Below are positions 1 through 13,717 of a DNA stretch of 64,000 nucleotides, piece after piece (positions within the stretch are counted from its first letter, which is position 1; every line of letters starts with the position of its first letter). The stretch lies in NCBI RefSeq assembly GCF_006345805.1, contig NC_043012.1, positions 23,994,001 to 24,058,000 of the forward strand. The letters run 5' to 3'. The notes beneath the pieces are model-generated. The model was given only the letters and a program-made list of their open reading frames with translations. It was not told where the DNA came from and made no database searches. Origin of the DNA: Octopus sinensis. Its lineage: Eukaryota. Made by a program: the position numbers and the translations under genes.

Positions 1-116
1 CAACAAAACTGATGTGTGCTTCAAAAGGAAAGAAAATTGGTTTTATAGAATTAAATTAACATATTTAAAATTTTGGCTATCTTAATATGTGTTGGTATGT
101 ATATGTAGGTGTGCAT

Positions 117-159
<43 letters not shown>

Positions 160-1170
160 TGTGTGTATTGTGTGTGTGTGTGAATGTGTGAGGAACAAAT
201 TTCAGCAGAAGCTATGAGCATATCAATCTTTGCTTTCCAACCACATTCAGTCTGATTGCGTGGCCCCTTAGGTGTCTTATACTATAGCCGCAAACATAGA
301 GCGAGAAACAGAGAGGGGAAGAGAGATAGAGAGCGACATTACACATACATATAAACATAACTAGATGCTGACACACACACACACACAGATACATACATAT
401 ACATACTCTAACACAAAGAAAGAGAGTGGGGTGGATAGCAAGAGAAACAATAAAACGTCTGATGTCATATAAGTCAGCATTGAATCAGCAACACGAAACA
501 GGTGGCGTCAAAACAGCTGAGCCAAAATGCCTCATATGCAAATATTTTGCATCACGCCCAACAATAATGAAAAATCAAGAAAGAGAAAATAACAACAAAC
601 AGAAGGAATTGGACCAAGACCAAACAAAGGATATCAAGTACAGCGTGGATGGTCAGTCGTCCATAAATATGCGAAACATTGGTTTCAAACTTTTCATCCC
701 ATCAACTGTGACTTGATCACTAGCATGGTTCCATGTGATCTGGGATCAAACCGATTGCTAAACGAATATATCTCCAAAAGAAAGGGTACGTATGTCATCA
801 CTGAGGAGATAAGCAAAATTCAGGTGAATACCTCAGTAGCACTTCATGCAGGAACCTGGCTAGCATAAGGCTTGAATAAAGGTGTAAAGGTAACACATTT
901 TAATTAACTAAATGATGACTGGGTATAATTCAGTCAATCATTAACAGAACATTTTGTCAATCCAAGGGGTGTTTATCAAATAGGTATGTTATAATCATCA
1001 AAATGTGAATAACTATAATTTTAATTGAGGAAAAGTGAGGTCAAATCAATGCTACATATGTTTCAGTGAGAAACACCTATTATTTCATTTATGCAATAAA
1101 TTTAGTGGTCATTTACTTTTTCCAAGATTTTAATTTGAATCACTATTTACTTATCATAATTTTATAATGA

Positions 1171-1645
<475 letters not shown>

Positions 1646-1677
1646 ATATATATGTGTGTGGTGCATGCATGCGTGCA

Positions 1678-1720
<43 letters not shown>

Positions 1721-1747
1721 TCATCATCATCATCATCATCATCGTAT

Positions 1748-1782
<35 letters not shown>

Positions 1783-3119
1783 AGAAGATGCATAGCTAAG
1801 TGGCTACGGTAGTCAGCACACAACTGTAAGGTTGTGCATTCAATTATCGGTGGTGTGCAATGCCTTTGAGCAAGACACTTATTCCACATTGCTACAGTCC
1901 ACTCAGTAAGTGAAAATGTGCTGTATCTGTTATATGAAGGGTCAGTTTTGTCAGAGTCTGAGTTATGCTGAATCTTGCTGAGAAATATGTTAAAGGTACA
2001 CATGTTCATGGAGTCGTCAATTACCTGCATGTTAATTTCCCAAGGAGGCTGTTCCAGTCATCAGACCACGTGGAACCCACATTGTCTTAAACTATGGAGT
2101 ATATAGACACACACACACACACACATAGACTCATGGAGAAGTGGCACCCACAATGTATCCCTCTGCCATATATTGACTGGTCTACTCATGGTTATAGTAG
2201 AAGACACCTACCCAAGGTTAAGATACTAATATAGTGAAATTGAACTCAGGACTATAGATTTTATATGTAAAACTTGTCGAGCAAACAGCTGTGCAATTTT
2301 TCTTTGATGTTAGTTATAAATTGAAAGAAATTTGAAAAAATCCTGGGAAAAAAATTTTAAATAATGTTGATCCATTGTTGACAGGGATGTAGAATGACGC
2401 AAAAAAATCCTGTAGAATATATACATACATACATATATATATACACACACATACACACACCAGAGACTACTTTAACACAATTATGTACTTGTAAACCCTA
2501 GAGAGAACTGCACTGAGACTGAGCGAGGCCCAAAGCAGCCGATATTGGATTCCCTTCATGTTTAGATCCACCATTGTTTATAAATCCAAAATTGGTTTCA
2601 AGTAAGGCTATAAAAATGTTCCAATAGAGAAATAAGAAAACTAAAAGAAGCCAGTGATTTCTTTCTCTCTCTCTCCCTTATCTTTGAGGATGTTGGGATT
2701 ACTTAACAAAGTCATATTAACTGAATGACATTTCTCGAGGGATTTCAGGTTTATTGTGTTTTCAGTTTGAAATTTGCTGTGTTAATATCTATCGTCATCC
2801 AAGAGTTGTTGGCTGAACTACTCCTCTGGGTAATAATTATAAGTAAAGTATAAGAGAGACACTGGGGGATTCGGGGATAAGGTGTTGAAAGAGAGGAGAC
2901 TGGGGTAGGATAAGACCATTAAAAAACGGTAATGAAACAAGGAAGACATTAAAGAAGGATGGAACATAGTGAATATGGAATCAAATATCAAAGATTAAAA
3001 TCACCAAGGCATACTAGCAGACCATTAGGGCGCCATAAAGAAATGATTTGCAATATTTGCTCCATGCATTCTGAGTTCTAATCCTAACAAAGTCAACTTC
3101 ATCTTTCAATGTTTTATCA

Positions 3120-3515
3120 TTGTCATTGTCATCATTTAACACCCACTTTCCCATGCTGGTATGGGTCGGATGGAATTTGTTGAGGTGCATTTTCTATGGA
3201 TGGAGGCCTCTCGCGAGGTTAACCATCACCTGTGTCCAAGTAATGGTATAGTTTCCTTATAAAATGAAGGACACTGCTTGCATGATGGTGGCACTCATTT
3301 CCAACAATCACACGAAGCCAAGGCAATGAGACAGTAACACACACATACTATAACAGGCTTCTTTCAGTTTCCATCAGCCAAATCCACTCACAAGACTTTG
3401 GTCAATTCAGGGCCCTAATAGAAGACATTTGTGCGAGGTACCACATGGTGGGACTGAACCCAGCAGCCAAGTGGTCAAGAACGAAACTTCTTACCACACC
3501 TATGCCTGTGTCTAC
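3120..3515 (-). mobile_element. Diverged SINE: family-A tRNA/CORE-like head plus a distinct body and (GAT)n tail
   Basis: Head fragment (caggcttctttcagtttcc...gtgggactgaaccc) at ~3350-3515. The body at 3120-3345 aligns with 61150-61390. Confidence 0.7.
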
Positions 3516-3748
3516 AGCCATGTCCAGTGGATAAGCAAAGTAGAGGTTTGGAATGGAATAATTGTTAGAACTTCAGATGAGAGAAGATTCTTTGTGTTAT
3601 CTCTTTGGATTCTTTGTGTTCTGAGTTGAATGTGAGATGGGTTAGGATTTCAGTTTGGTTGGTTTCATCTGACAGCAGATGAAGCAGAAATAATAAATAC
3701 ACACACACACACAAACATATATATACATTTATATATATATATATATAC

Positions 3749-3790
<42 letters not shown>

Positions 3791-3797
<7 letters not shown>

Positions 3798-4128
3798 GAA
3801 AAAAGCACCTTTTATGAATTCAAAATGAACAATTAAATTACACCATCTAGAAAATTACATATAATAGAAATATTAACATTAAAATAACAATAAAATGTCA
3901 AAGATTAAGTAAATTGCAAAACAAATAATAATAATAATAATAATAATAACGTATAGTTATTCTACAATTTATATACGTTATTATTTTTTTTTTTTTTTGC
4001 AATTTACTTAATCTTTGACATTTTATTGTTATTTTAATGTTAATATTTCTATTATATGTAATTTTCAAGATGCTGTAATTTAATTGTTCATTTTGAATTC
4101 ATAAAAGGTGTTTTTTTTTCTAATTTTT
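3791..4128. repeat. Fold-back element, ~165 bp near-perfect inverted arms, embedded in (TA)n
   Basis: aaaattagaaaaaagcaccttttatgaattc...ataacgtata is mirrored by tatacgttat...gaattcataaaaggtg...ctaatttt, with few mismatches and a ~15 nt loop. Confidence 0.9.
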
Positions 4129-4230
4129 TATATATATATATATTATATTGTGTGAAATTTGATTTAGTATTTCTAAATTGAATTTTTTTCCTTGTAAGTT
4201 TTGGATTTTATTCCCTCAAATATCAATAAT

Positions 4231-4285
<55 letters not shown>

Positions 4286-4294
4286 TTAAAACAG

Positions 4295-4446
4295 TTTGAT
4301 TCAGTTCTGTGCTACTCCGAGTTTTGCAGGCCCCTAACAGGAGCCGGTCTCCTTCAGGCTTCTGGAATGCTGCATCAGAAACCGGAATGAGTTGGGCTCC
4401 CATTAGGGGGCCTGCAAAATTTGAAGAAGCATGGAACCAAATCAGA
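4295..4446. repeat. Imperfect GC-richer hairpin (~60 bp arms), probable old MITE
   Basis: tttgattcagttctgtgctactccgagttttgcaggcccctaacaggagcc pairs with ggctcccattagggggcctgcaaaatttgaagaagcatggaaccaaatcaga. Confidence 0.7.
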
Positions 4447-5444
4447 TGGTTTTTAAGCAATTACACATGTAATTCCTACTAAATGGGTTGAGTGCCCCTT
4501 TCTTTCATTTTGTCCAATCACTCATGTGTGTGTGTGTGTGTGTGTATGTACAGTTTACTGTACTTGAGAAGATATGTCAAGCTAAGTAAAATCATGGCTG
4601 TCCATGCATCCAGGCACGACCTCCACTACATCCCTCTCTCTGCGAGAGAGCCTAGCCTTGAGGGCTCATGGGTGCCGGTACCACATAAAAGCACTCATGC
4701 CTGTGCCATGCAAAAGTGGTTGGCATTAGGAAGGGCAGGCATCCAGCCATAGAAACCATGTCAGACAATTGGAGACTGTGCAGCCCTCAACACAGCCAAC
4801 TCCTGTCAAACACACACACAAATATATATATAAGCATACATACGTATATAGGTTTAGTGATGCAAACAAGTATATGTACATATATATATATGGACATGCA
4901 CACACACTTCACAAGTATTGAGTTCCATTTTACTTTGTTAATAGTTTCACCATGCATTAACTAAATAACTACTTATGGATACATAACTTTGAAAACAGTG
5001 ACTTTGAAGTTGCTGTCAAACTTTTCCTTCTAAACAATTAATAAATATGTATTCCACCAAAAGTACTGAGTGACCGTTCAATTCAATGTTAAGTCGTACA
5101 TATATAGAACTACATATAAAATCAAACATTAATGGGTGTACGTGTGTGTGTGCATGCATGCAAAGCTGAATCTAAACCCTCTGGGACCCATGGGTCAATA
5201 AGTTTTGCAGCCACCAATGATTTTGTTGTTTCAAGACATGAAATAATATAAAAAGAAAGAGACCCATAGAGTTTGAAGAGGCCCCAAAGAGTTTGAAGAG
5301 ACCTCAAAAGCCCTTAAAAGGACCTTGGTAGATTCTGAAGGATTCAGTTAAATTTAATAGCTTCGTAAATTTTAAAAGGGGTCAATAAATGAAGTGATCT
5401 CAAGTTTAAAAATCTATAGGAATAAAAAAAACCGGCCAAAATAG

Positions 5445-5628
5445 TTAATCTGTTTTATGTTCAAACTGACCAGATCCAGGCTCTCACACCTACCCTACAA
5501 TGTTATTCTACATTAAGTAATTACACCATCAACATCTCGAAGATATGAGATAATGCATGATTAATTCAAATCAATGTGAATCAATAAGCATTATGTTTGA
5601 TAGAATAACCTGAATACTAAAGGGTTAA
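5445..5628 (-). mobile_element. Partial piggyBac-like (TTAA) MITE
   Basis: Ends in tgaatactaaagggttaa and is homologous to the complete copy at 53940-54168. Confidence 0.6.
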
Positions 5629-5939
5629 ACAAGTAAAAAAAATTACAAATTATTTCATTGCTGTAAGTATACATTTTTTAAAATATTTTTACCACCAGTT
5701 TTAGGATTCTCTGGGTTAAAGAGAGCTCTAATGCTTGGAGCCCCTGGGCCCTAGGACACAGACCATACATAAATCCATACATAAATCCAGCAGCCCCATA
5801 TGTGTGTGCGAGGTTAATACTTTGAAAATTGAAAACTATAAGCATTACTTCTAATTTTAAGCATGTTTTATTTAGTTTTTAAACACAAGCAATTTCAGAA
5901 GTAATACAGGCCACAACACTATCACACTTGAACAAATGC

Positions 5940-5978
<39 letters not shown>

Positions 5979-7495
5979 TGTCCTTTAAATGTTTCATCAT
6001 CAGATTCAGAATCTATTTGTAGTTTCAGTTTGGGTTCCAATTTTCTCCTTTCTACACGCGTGTGTATGTACACATACATACATACAATGTCCATAAACTA
6101 CCCTTACATCATCATCATCATCATCGTTTAACGTCCGCTTTCCATGCTAGCATGGGTTGGACAATTTGACGGAGGACTGGCGAACCAATTTAAAAAATCC
6201 AGGAAGAAATGTAAAATAAGGATAATCAGCAGAGTTTATTGGAAAACATAAGAAAACAAATAAGATTTTCTTAGAAACATCAGAACACTTTCAGGTAGAC
6301 TCCTCTAGTTGTATGTAACACATCTCAACAATAAACTGTGGGAGTTGTAAAGATAATTTATGGACATGCTGTATATGTTTCTGTACACCTCCCACTGTTT
6401 TTCTCTCTGTGTTATCATCTATCACCTCCTCCTCCTCCTCCTTCCCTATGACCCACTCTTATTTTCCTTACATTCACCCAAATTGAGACTCAGCGTTACT
6501 CATACCTTCATCCATGACCACCATTCACTGATTTTGCTCCTGTCTTCATCTCTTATTCTCTCTTACTTTCCTTTCATACTCTTGCAAACCTACCTATCCA
6601 CCCAGTCATCCTCGCTTCTCTCCTCCCATTTTCTCTCTTCCCACCCTCTTATACCTTGAAGATACACCCTTATTTCTCATTTCTCCTCCACAGCAAGGTG
6701 CTTATTCCTGTTTCTCTAACATACTTTAGTCTGTCAAAACCAGGCACAGAACCACCCCACTCAATACTGCATCCAAAATCTGTCTAGGGATCTTGTCTTG
6801 CAAGTTACTTGGTCACTCACTCTTGCTGGTGTCTTGAAAAATGCATTTAGTATTTTAGTATTTGCTGTAAATTGGTTGGTGTTAGGAGAGGCATAGAACA
6901 GAAGAAAGCTTGTCAAGGCAGACAGAGACCAAGTAATTCTTCAGTCTGGTCAGATTCCATTCGGACTCTATAAGCCATGCTAGTTTTTAATGCACACAGA
7001 TGACGATGATGATGATGATGATGTACTCTCCTATAAGTGGTCAATGTCAGGAAGGACATCCAACCATAGAAAAAGTAGCCAAATCAAACATCAGAGACCA
7101 ACAGTGCCTTCAGGCTAGCTCAGAACCTGTTGAACCATCCGATCCCTATCAGCATCAAACAATGATGATGATGATATATTTCTGAACCTAAACACCATAT
7201 TTAGACCTGACTGAGATTTCTAAGCGATCTCCTTGAAATCATCATCATCATCATGTTTGTCCTTCTTGTTACCCTAAAGATGACCAATGACTCTCCACTT
7301 CTCTGCACGTACAAACATGGCACAGATGCATAAAGTCACAAAATGTTTCACTGCTTTCCCCATACAACCCTAACAGATTAACTAATCCTGGTTTTTATAT
7401 CAAACCGTTCTTGTTACAGTAATAACTATTTCTCAATCAATGTTGACAGATGCATTAGACTAGCACACACACACACACTCTCACACACACACACA

Positions 7496-7540
<45 letters not shown>

Positions 7541-8207
7541 CCAGTCCTTCTAATGTTGCAACTTTAAACTCAGTTGTCTTTATATGAAGTCATTTTTTTT
7601 TCTTCTTTTTTTCCTTTTGCAATCACAAAACAAAATCGAGAAAAGTTTTACAGGTTCAGAAGACGAAAGACGGAACCAGTACACCCCCCTCCTTCTCCCC
7701 ACCAAAAAAAACTTCGTTATTTTTACGATCACAAAACTGAAGAATGTAAGTAAATATTCGTAGAAAGACAGAGAAATAAATGAAAAGTTTACAGAATTAT
7801 GCTAATAGTAGGAATTAGAGAATCTGTCTTCAATTTTTTTTTTATAGAAAAAAAAAACATTTATAAAGCTTGGTGGGGATCCAGGGTCATACCAGAATTG
7901 TGAACCTTGGTTTTTTTTTTTTTTCAACCTCTACTTTTTTCCCCAACAGCTCCCCTGTGCTATTTTTAGATTGTTTTCTGCCGTGTTTTTCATGTTTCAG
8001 AAATTTTTTTTTTTTTCTCTTTGGTCTTCATTTTTGTTCAAAAATCTTAAATCATTCAAAAGAAATTTATGACAACAAAATGTATGTTTGAAAATTAAAC
8101 ACTATTTTCTTATATTTACTTCAAAATTGGGAGAGGGTAATATATTTTTTTTAGTTGTTTTTCCAAATGTTTTTCTGTTTTTTTTTTTGTCTTTTGCATA
8201 TTTGTGT

Positions 8208-8245
<38 letters not shown>

Positions 8246-9281
8246 ATTGTTCAAGTAGAAGGATGGGGTAGGGAGGAAGGGAAGAGAAGACAGAGAGGCA
8301 GTCAACAGTGGTTGTCTGGTTGTCTGAAGAGTAAAGATGACATTAAATGTAACTGTGAGTGTGTGTTCATGTAGGTGTGTGTGTGTGTGTTTGTAACAAT
8401 ATGTATACACACACACACATATATATATATACACACATTGCTTTCAAAATATTATTTTTTGGCTTGATTTCATACATATATATCACACACACACATGTAG
8501 ATTTTATATATATATATATCTGTATGTATGTATGTATATATATGTGTATATATATATGTATATGTATATATGTGTGTGTGTGTATATATATATATATATG
8601 TATGTATGTATGTATGTATATGCAAATACATACATGTCTACACACATATCTATCCAGACACACACACACACACACACACACAAATACACAATGTATAACA
8701 AAAGAATGGAGAAACATTTTTACAAACATTATTGGAAAAAAAAGACTTTAAATGCAAGAATAAGGGAAGAATGACATATACTCATCTACATACATAGACG
8801 TCTGTTAATGTATACTAAATGAAATACAAGGAAAATAGTTTTTTTTTTCAAAAAAAAAATTTATTACTATTATCTATCTTATTCTTATTCTTCTTCTTCT
8901 TCTTATTATTACTATTATCATCATTATTATTATTATTATTATTATGAAAATATTTTTATTGGGGAACAGGAGTGCTTCCTTCTCCCACCCCATCCAGTTC
9001 CACTCCCAACCAAATAACTTGAATCTGAAGAACTATGGTTCTGATGGTTTTAGACCCTCTTATGTCAGTAGAAAACTTACACAGTAGTCTGTTGGATAAG
9101 ATATGCCAATAAGCTTTTATCACAAACATTTCAACAGAAATTTATGATTAATCATTGGTTCATTTCTTTGATGTTTTGTTTGTTTTGCGTATTATTTTTA
9201 ATGTTTGTTTGGCTGTTGATTGTTGTTTTCCTTTTTGAAAAAAAATAATAAATTTTATTGGTAGTTTTGAGGTAATTTTAA

Positions 9282-9317
<36 letters not shown>

Positions 9318-9399
9318 ACTGTATGTACTTTACATTCTTTTAATTTTTTTTTGTCTGTTTTTTTTTTGTAGCCTCACTGAATTGCTTTGCTTAAAATAA

Positions 9400-9440
<41 letters not shown>

Positions 9441-10559
9441 ATGTGTGTGTGAGTGTGTGAATCTTTCCACATCTACGTAGGTATCTTTAGTTATCCATTC
9501 ATATGTGTCTCTCTCACACCCTTTGTGTGTGTGTGTGTGCGGGTGTGTGTACATGCTGAGTGTTCAAGTTGATACTCTGAGTTGCGCATTTTTAAACCTC
9601 AGAGACCTGAGTATCAACAAAAAGCCATTTCAAATAGCAATGTATGTAGGGTCAGCTTGGAACAGAGAAACCTAAAACCATATTTCAACATTGTTTGCTC
9701 CTTCTTCATATATAAAAAGCAATCACCTGCCATCCCTGAAGAGCATATGTATTAGATAGCCATCCTGCTTTCTAATCTCCAGTGCGAAACCAATAGGTAC
9801 TGTATCTATGATATCATATTATTTTATATATATATATGAAATGTACAAATGTGTATACATAAACACATGGACACATGAATATCATGTGTGTATATGACAT
9901 ATGAAAAGTGTTTTAGAATACAACTGCTATGTAAGATAAACAGGAGCATAGCAAAAAATGCTACTCCAAAGTAACAAAAGGGCAATGGTTTAAACTACCA
10001 TCTCATTTTGGGTTTGCTAGCCCCTGTCAAACCATCCAATGCATGGAAAACAAACATTTCAATGAGGATGATGATGACAATGATGATCACACACACTTCC
10101 CCCTTCATCGTCAACCCTCCCCCATAAGCCCACCCCACCCCTACACATTCCTACTCCACCTTCCCTATCCTTCCCATCCCACCCCATCCCATCCTTTACA
10201 CCCTCTCCCACATACCCCACCTCTACCCCCACCCTCTGCCTACCCACAAACCCCAACCCTCAGCCTAACCCACACCCCATCTGTGCTTTCCCCACTCTCG
10301 CTTCCCCCACCTCCCAGTGTCACACTACACCATACAACACATCACATCACAACACAACACCACCCACACACCAGCACTGACCAATTCCCATCCCCACATT
10401 TTCACACCTACACACACACACACATCAAGATCACTAGCCCTCTTACACACACACACATACGTACTCTCTTACACACACACGCACCTTCGTTTTGAGATCA
10501 CTACTACTTTCTTATCTCCCCTACTTCTTAGCTCTCATGTGTGACCTTTCTGTCCGGCA

Positions 10560-10745
10560 TTCGCCATGATAGATCGGTAGCCACTACACAGATTTTTTTT
10601 TCTCTCCTTGTTTCTTTCTGTGGAAGAGCGTAGGCTCGAATCGTTGAAGACTCTTTCAATTCCCAAGCGTTATACTAATACTTCTGTTTGTTTTCTACAC
10701 CAATTATCTTCGTCTTTTGTTTTTTTCGTGAATTCTTCCCCTATA
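10560..10745 (+). mobile_element. Short Penelope-like/retrozyme-like element, copy 1
   Basis: Reverse-complement homologue of 10899-11125 and 39825-40026. Carries the hammerhead-like motif with GAAAC mutated to GAATC. Confidence 0.65.
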
Positions 10746-10871
10746 TATACATACATATATTTATATGCACACACACACATCATTTTCATATCTGGTTTGC
10801 AAGATACTTCAACTGAATTTGTGTGTTGAAACAAATATTGGCATAATGATTAATTCTCCTTAGACACAGCA

Positions 10872-10898
<27 letters not shown>

Positions 10899-10902
<4 letters not shown>

Positions 10903-11125
10903 GGGAGAGTTTACGAAAAAAAACAAAAGACGAAGACAGGTGGTGTACAAAACAAACAGATGTATTGGTATAATGCTAGGAATAGAAAAAGTCTTTTACG
11001 TTTCGAGCCTACGCTCTTCTACAGAAAGGGACACAGAAAAAACAAGGAGGGAAACAAGGAGAGTAAAACAAAAGAAAAAAGGAGAGAAAAAAACGTGTGT
11101 AGTGGCTAACGACCTATCATGGCGA
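10899..11125 (-). mobile_element. Short Penelope-like/retrozyme-like element, copy 2
   Basis: ~225 bp element flanked by (TA)n on both sides, in inverted orientation to copy 1 about 150 bp away. Confidence 0.65.
10993..11028 (-). ncRNA. Minimal type-I hammerhead-like motif with non-canonical core
   Basis: Sense strand reads cttt-CTG(tag)AAGA-GC-gtag-GCTC-GAAACGTA-aaag. Stem II is GAGC/GCTC, stem III is the ACGT palindrome and stem I is cttt/aaag. Confidence 0.5.
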
Positions 11126-11747
11126 TCTATCTGTCTATATATATATATATATATATATAGACAGATGTGGTGGACTTCCGAGTTTATGGAAAGCATATAG
11201 GATGGCCCAGGACTATACTAGAAGACATTTGCCAAAAGTGCAATGCAGTGGAACTGAACCTAAAGCCATATGATTTGAAAGTGAGCTTCTTAACCATACA
11301 ACATGAATAAAAGAGAGAGAGAGAGAAATGTGTGCGTGTGTGTGTATCTGAAAATGTTTTAGCGAGTGAAGGTAATGTAGCAAAAGAGAAACACACATCT
11401 AACAGAAAAAAGTGAATAATAATGAGCTTGTGTGTGTGTGTGTATGTGTGTGTGCATGTGTGTGTGAGTGTGTGTGCGTTTGCGTGTACATATATATATA
11501 GTAACAGAGAAAAAGCTTAAAAATTGAGACAGATTTGTCAATATATAAAAATTTAAAATTCTAATCACTTTTAGTAATTCTTTCAAATATGTGAGTGTGT
11601 GTGTATTTGTATGTACAAAATATGTATTTATACTTGCACCTATATCTGTGTATGTGTATGCTTATATTACTGCATGCATATATGTGTGGATATGTGCTTA
11701 TGTCTATATAAATGCATGTACACACACACACACACACACATACATAC

Positions 11748-11778
<31 letters not shown>

Positions 11779-11935
11779 ATATATATAGGGAAATTGCAGC
11801 TGTGATACCAGTGCCGGTGACAAGTAAGCGAACTATCCGATCTTGCTCAAGGACACAATGTATAGCTGGGAATTGAACTCACGACCTTACGATTCTGAGC
11901 TGAATGCCCAAACCACTCAGCCACACACCTTCACA

Positions 11936-11989
<54 letters not shown>

Positions 11990-12753
11990 AACATATTCAC
12001 TTCTGTGTCTCTATTTTATAAATGCTTTGATGTCATTAACAGTTGCTTGTCCATCTGTTATTATTTCACATGCATATGTGATTCAGCATGGCATAACCAT
12101 TATATAAATCTGAAGTCATTCTTTACTCCTTTCTCTCCTTCACTATTCTTTCTTTCAGACAGAGAGCATATACTCAAAACATAAGACTCTTCCGTATTTC
12201 CTAGGCATAAACCAAATACATTGTTTTTTTTTTACCTCATGTTCATGTTATATTTCTTTTAAACCACACACACACACAAATGTATGCACTAAAACATGGG
12301 TTCAAACTGCTGACCCCCATTTTTTTTCTCTTGGACTTCCCCCCAGATTTTTTGATGCTTGATAAGATGGATACATTGAAACCAGTTATATTTTAAATCA
12401 CTAACTGTAATAAAAGTATTAAACATTCACTAAAATATACACTTTGTGCTTTCTCCAGCTTTATTTTTTTAACTCTCTCTCTCTCTATATATATATATAC
12501 ATATAAATAATAATAGGGTAATAAGAAATTATTATTACCAGTGGCCTAGCACAAAAAACAAATTAGTCATTAGACTATATGTACTGGGTATGGGTATATT
12601 TTGTCATGTTATTGGCACTAGAGATGCTGGCCCCTCTAGATGTATCAGTTCTCTTTTGGAGCTACTACTCTTCTAAACAAAAAGCCTATGATTGAGGTTT
12701 GCCTCATTCATACACCCCATTTTTTTTTGGTTTTTTTTTTGGCATTATTCACA

Positions 12754-12962
12754 TAGAAATACAATAAGAGGCTTCCAAACAGGAAAGCCTTGAGCTAGAA
12801 AGAGCAGAGCAGTAGAAAACTCAAACCACCAAATAAGGATAAATTCTTGAAAGGAATGAAAATTAAAAACGTTTACCATCTCAATTATTTCCCTATTTGA
12901 GTTTTCTACTGCTCTTTCTAGCACAAGGCTTTCCTGTTTGGAAGCCTCTTATTGTATTTCTA
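12754..12962. repeat. Inverted repeat, ~67-72 bp arms, ~70 bp spacer
   Basis: tagaaatacaataagaggcttccaaacaggaaagccttg...agtagaaaactcaaa is mirrored by tttgagttttctactgct...caaggctttcctgtttggaagcctcttattgtatttcta. Confidence 0.85.
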
Positions 12963-13312
12963 TATATATACATATATATATACAATACACAATAAGTACA
13001 AGACTTTACCAACAAGTGAGAAATACGTAAATATGAGTGATAAGTGAAAGACAAAATACCAAAAGAAGATAACTCGCTCATCAGTTGTTAACTGTTTTAC
13101 AACTCCCGGTTTCGTGCTTTTAACAAGATAGGAAAACTTCATAAGACAGCAGCATCAAGAAATTTTAAAAATATGATATTTCTGGAGAGTTAGGGCTTTG
13201 AACAAACCAGCAGCAACAGAATGGACATACAAAGTAAACAATCGACGAAAACAACCATTAAGGGTCGTTAGGCCAAGATATCCTGGCTTTTAGAGTAGGT
13301 ACATCATATTTC

Positions 13313-13717
13313 GGATCTTTTCAGTTTGAACGGCAGTTTTTTCTAGTGGTGTCATATGAAATTGTCACCCATAATTATGACCCTAGTATTGATCTATTGC
13401 ATTTCAATCTGTTTTAGGGTTAGGGGGAAGGGTATCTTTTTTCTTCACAAATGTAAATAAACCCAATCTGTTTCTTCAACGAGGGACATATTCATACAGC
13501 ACAGAATGTTTTCACCTCAATAGACGTCATTAATTGGTTGAAATTGCAGAAATTGAAGAAAAAAAACCAACAAATATCTTACAAACCATAGAATTTTCTC
13601 AATAAAGCCAAGAGAAAAAGATGTTTTATAAACACATTCCACCAGTATACGAAGTTTAAAAGTGTTTAGTTACGTGGAAATTATTTAAAAAAACTGCCAT
13701 TCAAACCGAAAAGATCC
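13313..13717 (+). mobile_element. MITE with ~30 bp TIRs and internal TTAGGG dimer, copy 1
   Basis: TIRs are ggatcttttcagtttgaacggcagtttttt and aaaaaactgccattcaaaccgaaaagatcc. A second copy lies in the opposite orientation at 23545-23957. Confidence 0.85.

Noticed and set aside
426-716. 96 aa ORF, with a faint resemblance to a restriction-like endonuclease LINE C-terminus
   Set aside because: The key catalytic motifs are not recognisable and the similarity is too weak to call.
7654-7745. 92 nt open segment ending at a strong GTAAGT donor
   Set aside because: The acceptor is purine-rich, the peptide is unrecognisable, and such signals are expected by chance in 64 kb.
13415-13430. TTAGGG as a telomere or interstitial telomeric site
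   Set aside because: There are only two units and they are internal to a MITE present twice in the window.
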